Positions 25,386-38,676 of a DNA stretch of 64,000 bases are shown here, in pieces. The DNA comes from Octopus sinensis. Lineage: Eukaryota. The stretch's first letter is position 1. Each line of letters begins with the position of its first letter. The translations under genes and the position numbers were made by a program. The stretch spans positions 47,244,001 to 47,308,000 of the forward strand of contig NC_042997.1 in assembly GCF_006345805.1 (NCBI RefSeq). The letters run 5' to 3'. A model generated the notes under the pieces. That model did no database searches, was not told the origin of the DNA, and saw only the letters and a program-made list of their open reading frames with translations.

Positions 25386-26811
25386 ATCGTATCACTTACA
25401 GATTGAAAATATAGAAATAAGTAAATATCAGTCACATCATGATGCTATTAAATTCAATTGTTTGAAACATTACAGTGTGGTTCATGTTAAAATATTGCCT
25501 TGAGCATACACAAGTACAAAAAGCAAAGAAAAAAACAAACAACATATCTAAGCATGAACCCCACCACACACGCATGATCGCGTAAACGGAGGCAAACATA
25601 CACACCCACGCGTGCAAATGACTCTGCTCACTTTATGTTCACCCGTTAGTAATGCTATTGTGTCATTTCCGCACCATTCTTTCTGTCTTTGTCTTTTATA
25701 ACATTCAATCACCATTTGACTGAACGTGTTGATAAATTTCAAATACCAAATAGAAATATAGCTTTAAATGATGAGCATTATTATATTTAAATGAGGTTGA
25801 TTGATTATCTTAAGAGGTTAAATATGTACTCTTTAGAACTTTGGCAGGAGGCTTGACGGATGGCATCTGCTGTGTTCAGGTTTATTATAAAACTAATGGG
25901 ATTAACATTAGAACCATTTCATTTGTACATGCAAAGCTATAAATAATCCTTCCTACCATGGCCATAAGGCCTGGAATTTGGGGGAGGGGAATAAGTCGAT
26001 AATATTGACCCCAATAACCCAACTGGTGCGTAATTTATCGACCTCGAAAGTCAACTTCGGCAGAATATGAACTCAGAACGTACCAACGGGAGAAATACCT
26101 ATTTCTTTACTACCCACATGGGGCTAAACACAGAGAGGAAAAACAAGGACAGACAAACTGATTAAGTCGTTATATCGACCCCAGTGCGTGATTGGTACTT
26201 AATTAATCGACCCCGAAAGGATGAAAAGCAAAGTCGACCTCGGCGGAATTTGAACTCAGAACGTAACGGCAGACGAAATACCTATTTCTTTATTACCCAC
26301 AAGGGGCTAAACACAGAGAGGACAAACAAGGACAGACAAACGGATTAAGACGTTATATCGACCCCAGTGCGTGACTAGTACTTAATTTATCGACGCCGAA
26401 AGAATGAAAGGCAAAGTCGACGTCGGCGGAATTTGAACTCAGAACGTAACGGCAGACGAAATACGGCTACGTATTCGCCCGGCGTGCTAACGTTTCTGCC
26501 AGCTCACCGCCTTCCTTTTCTATTCTCCCTTTACTACCCACAAGGGGCTAAACACAGAGAGGACAAACAAGGATAGACAAACGGATTAAGTCGATTATAT
26601 CGACCCCAGTGCGTAACTGGTACTTAAATTATCGACCCCGAAAGGATGAAAAGCGAAGTCGACCACGGCGGAATTTGAACTCAGAACGTAACGGCAGACG
26701 AAATACAGCTACGCTTTTCGTCCGGCGTGCTAACGTTTCTGTCAGCTCGTCGCCTTACACACACACACACACACACCACACACACACACACACACTCACA
26801 TACATAAATAC

Positions 26812-26864
<53 letters not shown>

Positions 26865-28507
26865 TTGTGCATGTGTGTATTTGTCTGTCAGTGTGCCTGT
26901 GTGTTTGTCTCCCACCACCGTTTGACAACTGCTATTGTCGTGTTTACGATCCCGTAACTTAACGTTTCGGCAAAAGAGTCCGATGAAATAAGTGCCAGGA
27001 TTTAAAATGAAATAATTAAATAAATAAATGAACAAACGAATAAATATATATACTGGGGTCGATTCATTCGACTGAAAATTGGTCAAGGCGGTGCCCCATC
27101 ATGGCCGCAGTCTAATAACTGAAGCAAGTAAAAGAATTAAAGAATCGTATCACTTACAGATTGAAAATATAGAAATAAGTAAATATCAGTCACATCATGA
27201 TGCTATTAAATTCAATTGTTTGAAACATTACAGTGTGGTTCATGTTAAAATATTGCCTTGAGCATACACAAGTACAAAAAGCAAAGAAAAAAACAAACAA
27301 CATATCTAAGCATGAACCCCACCACACACGCATGATCGCGTAAACGGAGGCAAACATACACACCCACGCGTGCAAATGACTCTGCTCACTTTATGTTCAC
27401 CCGTTAGTAATGCTATTGTGTCATTTCCGCACCATTCTTTCTGTCTTTGTCTTTTATAACATTCAATCACCATTTGACTGAAAGTGTTGATAAATTTCAA
27501 ATACCAAATAGAAATATAGCTTTAAATGATGAGCATTATTATATTTAAATGAGGTGATTGATTATCTTAAGAGGTTAAATATGTACTCTTTAGAACTTTG
27601 GCAGGAGGCTTGACGGATGGCATCTGCTGTGTTCAGGTTTATTATAAAACTAATGGGATAACATTAGAACCATTTCATTTGTACATGAAAAGCTATAAAT
27701 AATCCTTCCTACCATGGCCATAAGGCCTGGAATTTGGGGGAGGGGAATAAGTCGATAATATTGACCCCAATAACCCAACTGGTGCGTTAGTTATCGACCT
27801 CGAAAGTCAACTTCGGCAGAATATGAACTCAGAACGTACCAACGGGAGAAATACCTATTTCTTTACTACCCACATGGGGCTAAACACAGAGAGGAAAAAC
27901 AAGGACAGACAAACTGATTAAGTCGTTATATCGACCCCAGTGCGTGATTGGTACTTAATCGACCCCGAAAGGATGAAAAGCAAAGTCGACCTCGGCGGAA
28001 TTTGAACTCAGAACGTAACGGCAGACGAAATACCTATTTCTTTATTACCCACAAGGGGCTAAACACAGAGAGGACAAACAAGGACAGACAAACGGATTAA
28101 GACGTTATATCGACCCCAGTGCGTGACTAGTACTTAATTTATCGACGCCGAAAGAATGAAAGGCAAAGTCGACGTCGGCGGAATTTGAACTCAGAACGTA
28201 ACGGCAGACGAAATACGGCTACGTATTTCGCCCGGCGTGCTAACTTTTCTGCCAGCTCACCGCCTTCCTTTTCTATTCTCCCTTTACTACCCACAAGGGG
28301 CTAAACACAGAGAGGACAAACAAGGATAGACAAACGGATTAAGTCGATTATATCGACCCCAGTGCGTAACTGGTACTTAAATTATCGACCCCGAAAGGAT
28401 GAAAAGCGAAGTCGACCACGGCGGAATTTGAACTCAGAACGTAACGGCAGACGAAATACAGCTACGCTTTTCGTCCGGCGTGCTAACGTTTCTGTCAGCT
28501 CGTCGCC

Positions 28508-28552
<45 letters not shown>

Positions 28553-28560
28553 TACATAAA
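25101..28560. repeat. Tandem duplication, unit ~1.76 kb
   Basis: Identical ORFs recur at offsets 1758 (25321/27079, 25432/27190) and 1753 (26609/28362). Boundaries lie in TA/CA microsatellites. Confidence 0.95.
25960..26755 (-). mobile_element. Head-to-tail array of four family C SINE units (repeated at about 27715-28508)
   Basis: Repeated TTACTACCCACAAGGGGCTAAAC...GAACTCAGAACGTAACGGCAGACGAAATAC. Two units keep the head and two lack the first ~50 nt. Confidence 0.85.
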
Positions 28561-31189
28561 TACATATATATATATATATACATGCATATAAATATATATA
28601 TGGGAGTATAACCCGTGTTTGTGTCTATCTTTCAACGCGAAAATTATGAGAACCAGCGCTTCCATCGGGAAAAATTATGAGAACCATTACTTTGCATTCG
28701 GAGTTAGACACTTCCTAGACATTCTTGCTATAAGAAATAAAGCGCACAAGGTATCGCTTCCGTGCATACCTGTGAGATCGAAACTATAGTTTCCAAATTG
28801 TAGTCTAAACAATACATAATAAGTCGATTATATCGACTATATTTCTTCTGCAAATATATGGCGTTCTACTAATATAATATTCAATATATTTAGTTTCATT
28901 GATTGGGCACAAATGACGGAAATAATATGATAGTCATTAATCGGATGAATAGGTATCTGATGGGAATTGCTATTGTTGTTTATTCCGAGTTGAGACCTGA
29001 TCAATCATACGTATGATGAACCATGAATTTCTCATAATTTCTTCCTAAATAATGTCTCTTGAGCAACGTTTCTCGTATCTAACTTTCGTTATATAATTAA
29101 ATGCGACTTGAACGATATTTGGTGGCTATTTCTAGGATGTAGAGGTGTCATGTAAGCGCTGCTTCGTGGTGTTAATGGTGTTTAAATAGATGGAGAACGA
29201 AATTAATATAAAAGGGTAACTAGGTTTTTTTTTTTTTCGTTTTTGTACGATGTAATGATCTGAAGTAAATAGTGAATTTTGTGCATAATAAACTGATGAT
29301 TAATTGATAGTTACTAATGCATTTCGTTATAATGAACGGAGAATCATATCTTAGAACGAACTTTTATAGAGGGCCATCAAGGAGAGTTGATATTTTCACC
29401 CATTTTAAAATAATCATCTGATAATTTCTACTGCATTTACATATAGGTTAGTATTGCATGAAGTGAAAAATATTGTCAGCGTATTTGTTATGGTTAGTTT
29501 CTAATGACTAGGCCCTTCTTCCATACATGCGTTGGATATCAGTGTATATTACCTTTTGGTAAAGCATAATCACTACTAAATAATGAAGAACGTTTTATTA
29601 ATCTCGCTTACTACAGAAATGTTAAAAGATTGTAAGATTAGTGACAAGACAGGAAAACTTGTAAACGACTCCGTGGATTAATTGAATAATTTTGAACCAA
29701 GCTTTCAAAGCATGAGATAAAATATTGAATGTTTCGCAGGTGATAGCGAAAAATTGATGATGGAAGACTAGTGCAAGGTGCATTTTTCTTTATATCGCTG
29801 CATTTGCGGAGTAATCTGAGATCACGAAGTTTATATTTGTAAAGAGTGTTCACATGTACATTTCTGTAGAGGTTGCAACTGATATCCACCGTAATATATT
29901 TTATAAAAGAAAATAATAAGAAAGAATCACCTACGTAATATTGTAATGTGGTAATGTACATAGTTATGTACATATGTACATTAGTTTCATATATACGGAT
30001 TTACATCTGCACATATATTTCATATGTACGTCTTTTCCATTTGTACATATTTTTCAACACTTTATCAATATCTTTCAGCGAAATAAAAATGTAAGGTAAA
30101 TATACAAAGCAGTCATAAGAGCTATATGATGTTTTGCACAAAAGTATCACATTTTGATCAATGATGGTGAAAAGTGAGATGAATTATGTGAACTAGAAAT
30201 GAAATTATTGTAACACTGGAATTTCATGAATTTCAGCAGAGCTACTTCAATATCCAAAAAAAAAACCCTTGGACGTTATGAAAAGTAGAAGTGCAAACTC
30301 TTTCTCTATGATATTCATATTGCATTCAGATAACATTTACGTTGAACAGTAAGCAAGTTATTAGTCTCTTATTACTCCCCAATACATTATGACTAGTCGT
30401 AATACGATATAGAATTTTTTTTTCACTCAGCAATTGAAGATAGCAGTATACTTATAAAATGCAGCAAGAAAGAATGAGAGAAAAATATTGTGCTCTGAAA
30501 GAAACGAAAAAACAAATATATTAATAATCTATTTTTTATGGAATTTATCTGATGAAACTTATTTCAAACAAATACATTTTTCTTATCGTACCCTAGAGAC
30601 AAAATACTTGAAATGAAAATGATAGATCTTAGAATATTGTTTTGTAATAGCAGACAATAGTGGAGGTGAAACAAATATTAAAAAAATATTTCTACATATT
30701 GTAAAAGCATGGTCGTGTGGTGTAAACACGTGGTTCTGAGTTCGACCCCAACTCTATAACATTGAGTAAATTTCTTCTATATTAACCTTGGTCAGATTTG
30801 TACATTCTTAATAAATTTCGGTGGAATTAAACTGTGCAAAATCAGTAGAATGCAGTAAACAAGATGTTTGTGTATAACATCACCAGCTCTTTAATGTTAT
30901 TAGTAGATTCCAATCTGCCTGAGCATTCGGTCCAAAGTTTCTACCTGTGGAGAACTCGATGAGTTGCTGAGCTCCTTCATATTCAGAAAAATATAAAACG
31001 TAATCTAGTTCCCCTCCTCACCAGCAGTCTTTTACACACAGCAATGGTCATGGAAGTTGTCTTTCCTCATTTCACAGAGTCAGACGTCAAAGAACGCATT
31101 GCATTTTTGCCTAATAATTATTGCAAGGAAGTATGCTTGAATTGTAATTATAGTGTGTGTGTGCTTGTGTGTGTGCGTGCGTGCGTGTT

Positions 31190-31234
<45 letters not shown>

Positions 31235-33244
31235 ATTGCTTACGTGCCAAATATAAAAGATCACAGAATCAGTTCAGATAACGGTATCGTATTTTCTTGT
31301 TACAAAACAGCAATCATGTCACAAATTTTATTCTAATGATAAGATAGTTGTATACAATAGACGATGTATATTCGAATTTTGTATTTATGCTATTAGATGT
31401 ATTCAATATTTTCTGCATTATTAACAACGTAATCATAAATTTATATCTATGCAGCGTATTTTACTTGTTTGATTGCTTAGGAGCTCCTTTTACTGGGTAC
31501 TTAGTCGAATCCGAACAAGTTTCACATTATAAATTGTTTCAGAGATGTCAAATATTTCATCTTTAAACACATTAAAATAAATATGTAATTCTGAAATTTC
31601 AAGTATTCTGACATTCAACTTTTCTTCATATTTTCAAAGTTTCTCTAACAGAATGGAATGATTACGCAGACTAAATAATATATATGATACCAACGTATGC
31701 GAATTTTAGCACAGTGAGTAGGTTTATGTAAGAATTCAACTCATAGAAATATAAATATTTAGAGCACATGTATTCTATAGTATGTTAGGATATTTTATAC
31801 GTACCGATAACACAAATATATGAATATGTTAGTGTTCATGTAACAGACATGAAATGTATATCTATGATGCGAGGCATATATATTTCTGCATGACTTTTCT
31901 CTATAGATAAATGAATAAATTCATGAAGTTGTATGCAATGCCGTTTCTAAAGAATGACAATATTGACAAGACTTACTTTTCTTTTTCATATAAAGAGACA
32001 TTTTCTTCTGTAAATGGAAAGTTAGGATTATTTCTTCTTTTCGGTAACCTTTTCCTGTGGAAGAAAATTAACAATAAATAAATGAACAACCACAAATACA
32101 GAAAAGGGAAATTACTCAGAAAAAGTCACGATGAAACGTCAAACAAACGAAAAATAATCTAAATATAACTCCTCTCACGGTTTATTTTTGTTGTCACAGT
32201 AATTTTTTCTTTTTTTTTTTTTTACTACTTCAAATATTTTAGAGCTGAAATACTCAAGCACACAATTTCACATAGACACAAAGATTTAAAAATTAAAATT
32301 TGCACAAAAGTAAGCTATATCATACTATACTGTCAAAATTAACGGGATTTTAAAGTTTTACAATCACTAGAGTTTCTCTGTTATAGAAATGGTGATGGTC
32401 ATTCGTTAAAATCAAACATTTTTGAAGGAAAATCTTATTTTCCTCACGTTTTCTCTTTCTTAGTAAATGCTGTAATATATCACAAATGCACTTCGCTTGC
32501 TGTGTGCAATATATGAATATGAAATATTTCATGATATGAAATTGAGCGAGTAGTAGAATAAAGGCTAGATTCGGAGGTGAGAAAGATATCAATGATTTTT
32601 TGGGGGGTGGGGGGAAACTGTGTTACATCGGAACAATGTAATGTGATATTATTCTGTTAGAAACATTTCAGGATAATCTGTATAGGATAATCTGTATAGG
32701 ATTACTAATATAAAGTGTAGATATAAAATAATTGCAGTGGTTCCTTTCAGCTACTACTTATTTATGCCCAGGTTACCACACTGACTTTCTATAATTTTAA
32801 ATACTTAAGTGGTGTGCACCATTCCCCCAAAATGGTTAATACTAGTAGACTACTTGCCATCCACTCACTTAAATAGTCAAATATTTACTTATTCCTTTTC
32901 CAATAAACATTATAAAGAAACCTATGAACCGTTTTGTTAATTTTACTATTTTTTCATGTTTAAATAATGCTTATAGTTCTGTAAGATATTTCCTCGATTT
33001 TATGACACATTGTCTTGCATTAAATCCGTTTCCTTTTTATTTATCAAACTTAATATCGAAGTGGGATGGTAGTATTTGACTTGCCAAACTACAGATAGCT
33101 ATGCCAGTGGAGTGACGCGAACCTTATTTTTACGCAATTTATTATTTGTATTTTAATGAGTTTGTAACCTTCTTCGACCGAGCTATGTTGAAAGGCATCG
33201 TTGTTATAGGATATGGTCTTGTCTGTTATATTAACGCAAGGGTA

Positions 33245-33460
33245 AGGCGGAGTTGTGGCAGAATCTTTAGCACACCAGGTAAAATGCTGAGCGTGATTTC
33301 GCCAATCGTTATGGTCTGAATTCAAATTCCGCTGAGGTCGACTTTGCCTTTCATTCTTTCGAGGTTGATAAAATAAGTACCAGTTGAGTACTGAGGCCGA
33401 TAAAATCAACTTATCCCCTCCCCGGAATTTTCTGGCCTTGTGCCAAAATTTGAAACCAAT
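33245..33460 (+). mobile_element. SINE family C
   Basis: GTGGCAGAATCTTTAGCAC...GAGGTCGACTTTGCCTTTCATTC...GTGCCAAAATTTGAAACC. Confidence 0.7.
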
Positions 33461-34235
33461 ACTAACGTCAGTCTTTTACAAATTCTTTCATTTTTATGAC
33501 TGCAGAATAAGAGTTTTAAAAAATTGGATTGGTATTTCTAACGCTAACCCTAAGCCCCGTATACAGTCTGTTTTAATATCACTCGATATGAAGTAACTAT
33601 TCTTCATCTGAAAGGTCATGCAGTTATTATGTGACTTTCTGAGGAGCTGATTGATATGCTTGAATCATCGAACAAGTCTCAAGTAATAGAAGTGAAATAA
33701 ACCTTATGCATTTCATTCTAGCGATCTGAGTAATTTCATTCAATACTCAACATGGATCATGACATGATTTAAAAAAAGCATCTAGGATGACGCAAATTCT
33801 CTCAAGAATTTTGCTATTCAAATGACTTGTGATTAGATTATCGATTTAATTTTTGCTTTTGAATACTGAGCTGTGTTTTGTTCCATTTCGATTCTTAACA
33901 TTAAGAATTTGATCTCTCATTTAATGCTTCAATGTACGAGTAATTGAATTAATAGGTTTCTACAGCCCTCTGCTGATTGATGTGGCGTATCGCTGCGCTT
34001 GTTTATTTTCAGTCGTCATGTTTTATAAAATGGCTTTAAGTTTTATGCAATTCATTTCAGTAATCTTCAGCTGAATTCTCCAGCAATAGCTTCAACAAAA
34101 TATTAAGTCAACAAATGAAAACCAATGGAAGAAATTATTGGAAGCTGGAATTAAATAATAGAACCTCTAAAATTCAAACGGTAAATGAAGAATTTTATGC
34201 ATACTGTTCTGCGTATGTATACATACATACATACA

Positions 34236-34315
<80 letters not shown>

Positions 34316-34549
34316 TTAAGGTGAGAGAAGAAAGCTGATAGGTAAAAGTGTCATCGAACAGGAAAGTCACAATGAAAAGTAATGTTTTCAATGATATTTT
34401 GGTTTTACTGTTTCACAAATTACATTTTTAAAAGGTGATAGTTATCTTCAGATAATCACACACATATCTGTGTGTAATTACTATCAAGTAATCGCACGCA
34501 TAAATGCATAAACATACGCAAAGAGCAAACACCAAAGCTATTAACTTAC

Positions 34550-34600
34550 GTTAAATACTCGGAGCAACAATTCAGCAAATAAGTGGTTAAATTTACTGCA
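34550..34600 (-). CDS. Candidate 51-nt exon of the minus-strand membrane protein gene (AVNLTTYLLNCCSEYL if phase 2)
   Basis: Acceptor GTTTCCTTTCAG and donor AC|GTAAGT. Phase 2-2 is compatible with exon 38605-38676; frame 0 is also open. Confidence 0.45.
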
Positions 34601-34740
34601 CTGAAAGGAAACGTGTCAATTATGTTTGCAATTTTCTAGCACAAATTCATTCTTGAACAGTCCTATGAAAGCGGACGCCCCAGCTGCGACAATCTGTCTT
34701 ATTTTCTAACACAGTATACGGAGGCATATATTATCAACTA

Positions 34741-36003
34741 TCAGGTCATCCCATAAGCTCTGTCCGAATTTTGAATAAAGAAAACAAGTGATCAAATTTT
34801 ATATTTAATTGAAATTTAATCATCAATGTACTTTCCCTGATTATCTATGACTTCTTTCCATCTATTTACAAGCTTTTTTATCCCATCAATGTAAAACTCT
34901 TTTGGCTTCAAAGAGAAGAACTCTGAAATGTCAGTTTCGACCTCCTCCTGCCTTGTGAAAGTTATGTCCCCCAAATGATTCTGTAAACTACGAAGCAAAT
35001 GGTAGTCTGAAGGAGCAAGATCGCGAGAATAAAGTAAATGAGGAATTTTTCCCAATCAAGCTCTTCGATCTTCTATGAGGAGATCTTTGCAATGTGGGGT
35101 CATGCATTGTCCTGATGAAACATTACTCCTTTTCGATTCACTAAAGCTGGTCTTTTTTCTTCAAAGTTTGGTTCAAACGCTCTATTTGCTGACAGTAGAC
35201 TTGAGCATTGATTGTTGCATTAGGTAGTAACAATTCAAAGTGAATTATTCCTTTGCAATCCCACCAGATAGAGAACATTTTTTCCCATGAGGTTCCCTTC
35301 TCGGTTGTGGTTGAGTTCTTTCCCTTTTACCAAGCCACTCTTTACGACATTTAACATTTCGATAGAAGATCCATTTTTCATCACTAGTCACAAGTCTATC
35401 CAAAAAAGGTGAACTGAGTTTGCGAGAATGGAGAGAAGAGCATATGTCAACTCGGGATTTGCGGTTGCTTCCGGACAATTCATGAGGCACCCATTTTCCA
35501 AGTTTAGGAACCTTTCCAAGTGGTTGAAGATGACGAGAACAGTGGTATGGTTTGAACTAATCTTTATTGCCAATTCTTCAACTGATAATGCAGGATTTTA
35601 TTCAAGTAATGCCTCAAGGAACTTATAATCAAACTCAAGTGAACGTCCTGTTCGATCTTCGTCTTCAAGGCTGAAATCTCCACTTCTGAATTTTGCAAAC
35701 TATCTTCTGGAAGTTCTTCCATTCAAGCATTCTTTCCCATAAACTGAGTGTATGTTTGGAGTTGCTTCGGCTGCAGAGTTTCCTTTTTTGCCTCAAATGC
35801 TCTTTGGATACTTGCATATTAGAAAGGGTTTTAATCAAAGAAATCTTAATTCTTTTTTATACTATAAAATAATATTTAATTAGTTTAAATGTACACAAAT
35901 GCATAAAAATAATATTTAATTCCATTAGACTTTCTAAAATACTACTAAATTTCATTCAATTTTAAAAAAGCTAAAATCGGACAGAGCTTATGGGGTTACC
36001 TGA
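34741..36003 (-). mobile_element. Mariner element, 1263 bp, with both TIRs and a TA TSD; transposase disrupted
   Basis: TCAGGTCATCCCATAAGCTCTGTCCGAATTTT and its near reverse complement at 35973-36003. TA at 34739-40 and 36004-05. Motifs PHEL, TSDEKW, YSRDLAPSDYHL. Confidence 0.92.
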
Positions 36004-36149
36004 TAATATATTCTTTTGTTTTAAGACCATATCAAACAAACTGAGCATTCACGTATAAATTAACCAAGAATTAAAAATTGATCAAGTTAATTGATCAACT
36101 GATTAAATTTTTGAGTAATTATGATAGAAAGAAGAGAAATAGAACTAGT

Positions 36150-36800
36150 GCATGTGTCTTTTAACCTATCCAAGCTACATTCGTATCAACATGCATTCTC
36201 ACTTGAAGAATCTTGCAAAATAAATGCAAAAATGAAATAACGGCTAACAAGCAAGACGTTAAAAACAGTGTCTATTCCTTAAAAATCAGAATAACTATTT
36301 GACATGATCACTTCATAAAGGAATCTATCACATTCAGGCTGTATACGATCTCCATCACTCGGGTCATAATAAACACAACCTCATCAAATGTAAAGCCGAA
36401 AAATTTAAACAGACAATATTGTTCATCATTAAAAAAAAAGAATTTAAACAGAAATCAGCTTATACGAAAAAAGAAAAAAAAAACAACTTTAAAACATGTA
36501 CTAAGAAATTATTTTACACCATTTGAGAAAGCACTTCTCTGCAATGTCATCCAGCAGAAACACCGGTGCAAAAACGAAGAAGCTAAAATAGATCCGACAT
36601 CAGTTGGAAAAAAAACTAAACAGAGAGAAAGGAAAACAGCTTGATAACAATGACAACATTATTTTGTCTGAATGAACCCAATCAGAATCCTTCGTCCTGA
36701 TAAACGAACAAACAACACTACTAGCATATATGACACAGTCGAAAATACCACCAACATATGCCACATTTTAGGAGATCATTAAAATGAATTGACTGAATTT
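36150..36800 (+). pseudogene. Penelope-like RT C-terminal remnant
   Basis: NNYLT*SLHKGIYHIQAVY...NKHNLIK resembles the PLE RT thumb region. Heavily decayed. Confidence 0.35.
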
Positions 36801-37149
36801 TCTTTTTCCTAAAAATAGCCTTACTTAATATAAGATGGAAACTGAGAAATAATGGTTTCATAATTCATTAACTAATTAACTAATTGATTTCTTCCTTAGT
36901 CATTCAACCAATCAACCAATAATTTTATAGGGAAGGATTAGGTGATTAAATAGACTCTACTACTTCACTGGCACTTTATGAAAGTTTAAAGATTAAATTG
37001 GCGGGATCTCAACTCTGAACTGAAAGAGCCCATGCTCTAAAGTTTCAGCCATTTACCGCATTGAATCTAGGAAACAACAACAGCAATAACGACAATATCC
37101 ACAAACACCACCGCAACGATCACCACCGAAATTACAACAGTAATGAAAA

Positions 37150-37270
37150 AAAGGATTAAAGCCAAAGTCGAAGTCGACCTCGGCGGCAGTTGAACTCAGA
37201 ACGTAAAGATGGACCAAATACCACTAAGCATTTTGCCCGGTATGCTAACGATTCCGCCAGCTCGCCGCCT
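37150..37270 (-). mobile_element. SINE family C 5' part followed by (AAT)n and (TAG)n
   Basis: GTCGACCTCGGCGGCAGTTGAACTCAGAACG...GCCAGCTCGCC. Confidence 0.7.
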
Positions 37271-37273
37271 TAA

Positions 37274-37320
<47 letters not shown>

Positions 37321-37390
37321 TGATGCATATATTGCGAATTGTATTAGTAATACTAAATATGTAGTAGTAGTAGTAGTAGTAGTAGTAGTA

Positions 37391-37436
<46 letters not shown>

Positions 37437-38098
37437 TAGTAGTAGTAGTAGTAGTGTTTTATTGCTTTGGTAATAACAATAGTGATAACAGCAAAACCAC
37501 CTTAAACCCTCAACTCGCTATGACAATTTCGATTAAACGAAGAACATTTACTATACGTGAAAACTGTTCCGTAAAAGTTTTTGCATTCGGCCAAATACTG
37601 AATATGAAACAGTGGGAAAGCTGTACTCTAGCTTGACCGAATCCTCAATTAATATAATAGGAAGAAAAAAGTCATAATAGAAGCACGCCAAGTGGAACAG
37701 GCATTGTGAACGGACTATGGAGATTGAATCAACGTGCTAGGAATTGAAAATTCTTTGAGATAAGTTCTACAGAATGTTGATAGCCAGTCTACTGGTCTAT
37801 ATGCAACGATGCAAGAAAATGTTGGTGACATGAGTAAAGTATCACTACAGCGACACGATAAGATGTTGGAATTCTTAATCATTACTTGCGAATGCGATGT
37901 TATATACTTTAAGTTAGCAGACTATAAATCAGTTCCAGGCCACTAACAATACCCATATTATTTTAGAGGGAAAGACTGTAGAAATGATGAATCGGTTTCA
38001 GCAAAAAAAACACAAACTTAAGTACACATACACACGTTATACTGAGACTCATCGAAACATCAAGAGAATATTTACATTGTCGATCAATCTATTAATAA

Positions 38099-38494
38099 TC
38101 TTTATATATAAAAGTGAGGCTGTGTGCTGTCTGTCTCCTACGATTTAGATTCCGAACTACTCCTACATTTTGCGGTGCAGTTTAACTAAAACCGGGTATC
38201 TTATAGTCGTTATTCATATCGATCCCTTCTGGGTATTAGCGCGCGTCTACTATGAGTCTACGATTTAAAAAAAAAATTACCATCAATTTTTCCCATTTTT
38301 AATGCATTTTTGGCATATATAAGGGAAGTAACTCTCTAAAAATTTATTATTAAATCTCAGAACGTAAAAAGCTACAGTAACACCCCCCCTTCGTGGTTAG
38401 CCATATTGAGATGGCTATTATACTTTACATCTCTAAAAATGCTTATATAGTTATTTCCCTTACAAACCCGAGCAACGCCGGGTGATACTGCTAG
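38099..38494 (+). mobile_element. Non-autonomous Helitron-like element
   Basis: 5' A|TCTTTATATATAAAA, subterminal hairpin CCCG-AGCAACGC-CGGG and 3' CTAG|T. Confidence 0.65.
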
Positions 38495-38604
38495 TTATAA
38501 CTAAATTTACTTCAGATCACTCCCTAGCTTATAGAGATGATCACTTTACATTTATTATATATGACACCGAGAATACATAGACACATTATAAATGATACAT
38601 TTAC

Positions 38605-38676
38605 TTGGTGATTGTTTCACTGCTGCTATAGAATGTATGGTTGAAGATATCCTGTTCTGATGAGGTCCTATTACGT
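38605..38676 (-). CDS. Candidate juxtamembrane exon (RNRTSSEQDIFNHTFYSSSETIT)
   Basis: Acceptor GTTTTAG and donor AA|GTAAAT; 72 nt, phase 2-2. Joins the TM exon to give YYR-RNR, a basic stop-transfer patch. Confidence 0.55.

Noticed and set aside
25960-28508. Regularly spaced repeats that could suggest a CRISPR array
   Set aside because: The units are ~180-230-bp SINE bodies with no unique spacers and no cas genes; the context is eukaryotic.
32350-32592. Minus-strand ORF QAKCICDILQHLLRKRKREENK... as an exon
   Set aside because: It needs phase 0, has a weak donor and shows no recognisable similarity.
33600-34130. Possible hAT-like transposase remnant
   Set aside because: The similarity is too faint; no TIRs or clear motifs.
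36300-36400. Minus-strand frame YYDPSDGDRIQPECDRFLYEV as an exon
   Set aside because: No good acceptor, and the plus strand is better explained as a Penelope-like remnant.
37552-37597. Alternative minus-strand exon (IWPNAKTFTEQFSRI, phase 2-0)
   Set aside because: The acceptor is plausible, but it cannot be distinguished from chance or from the direct 38605-to-34600 splice without RNA data.
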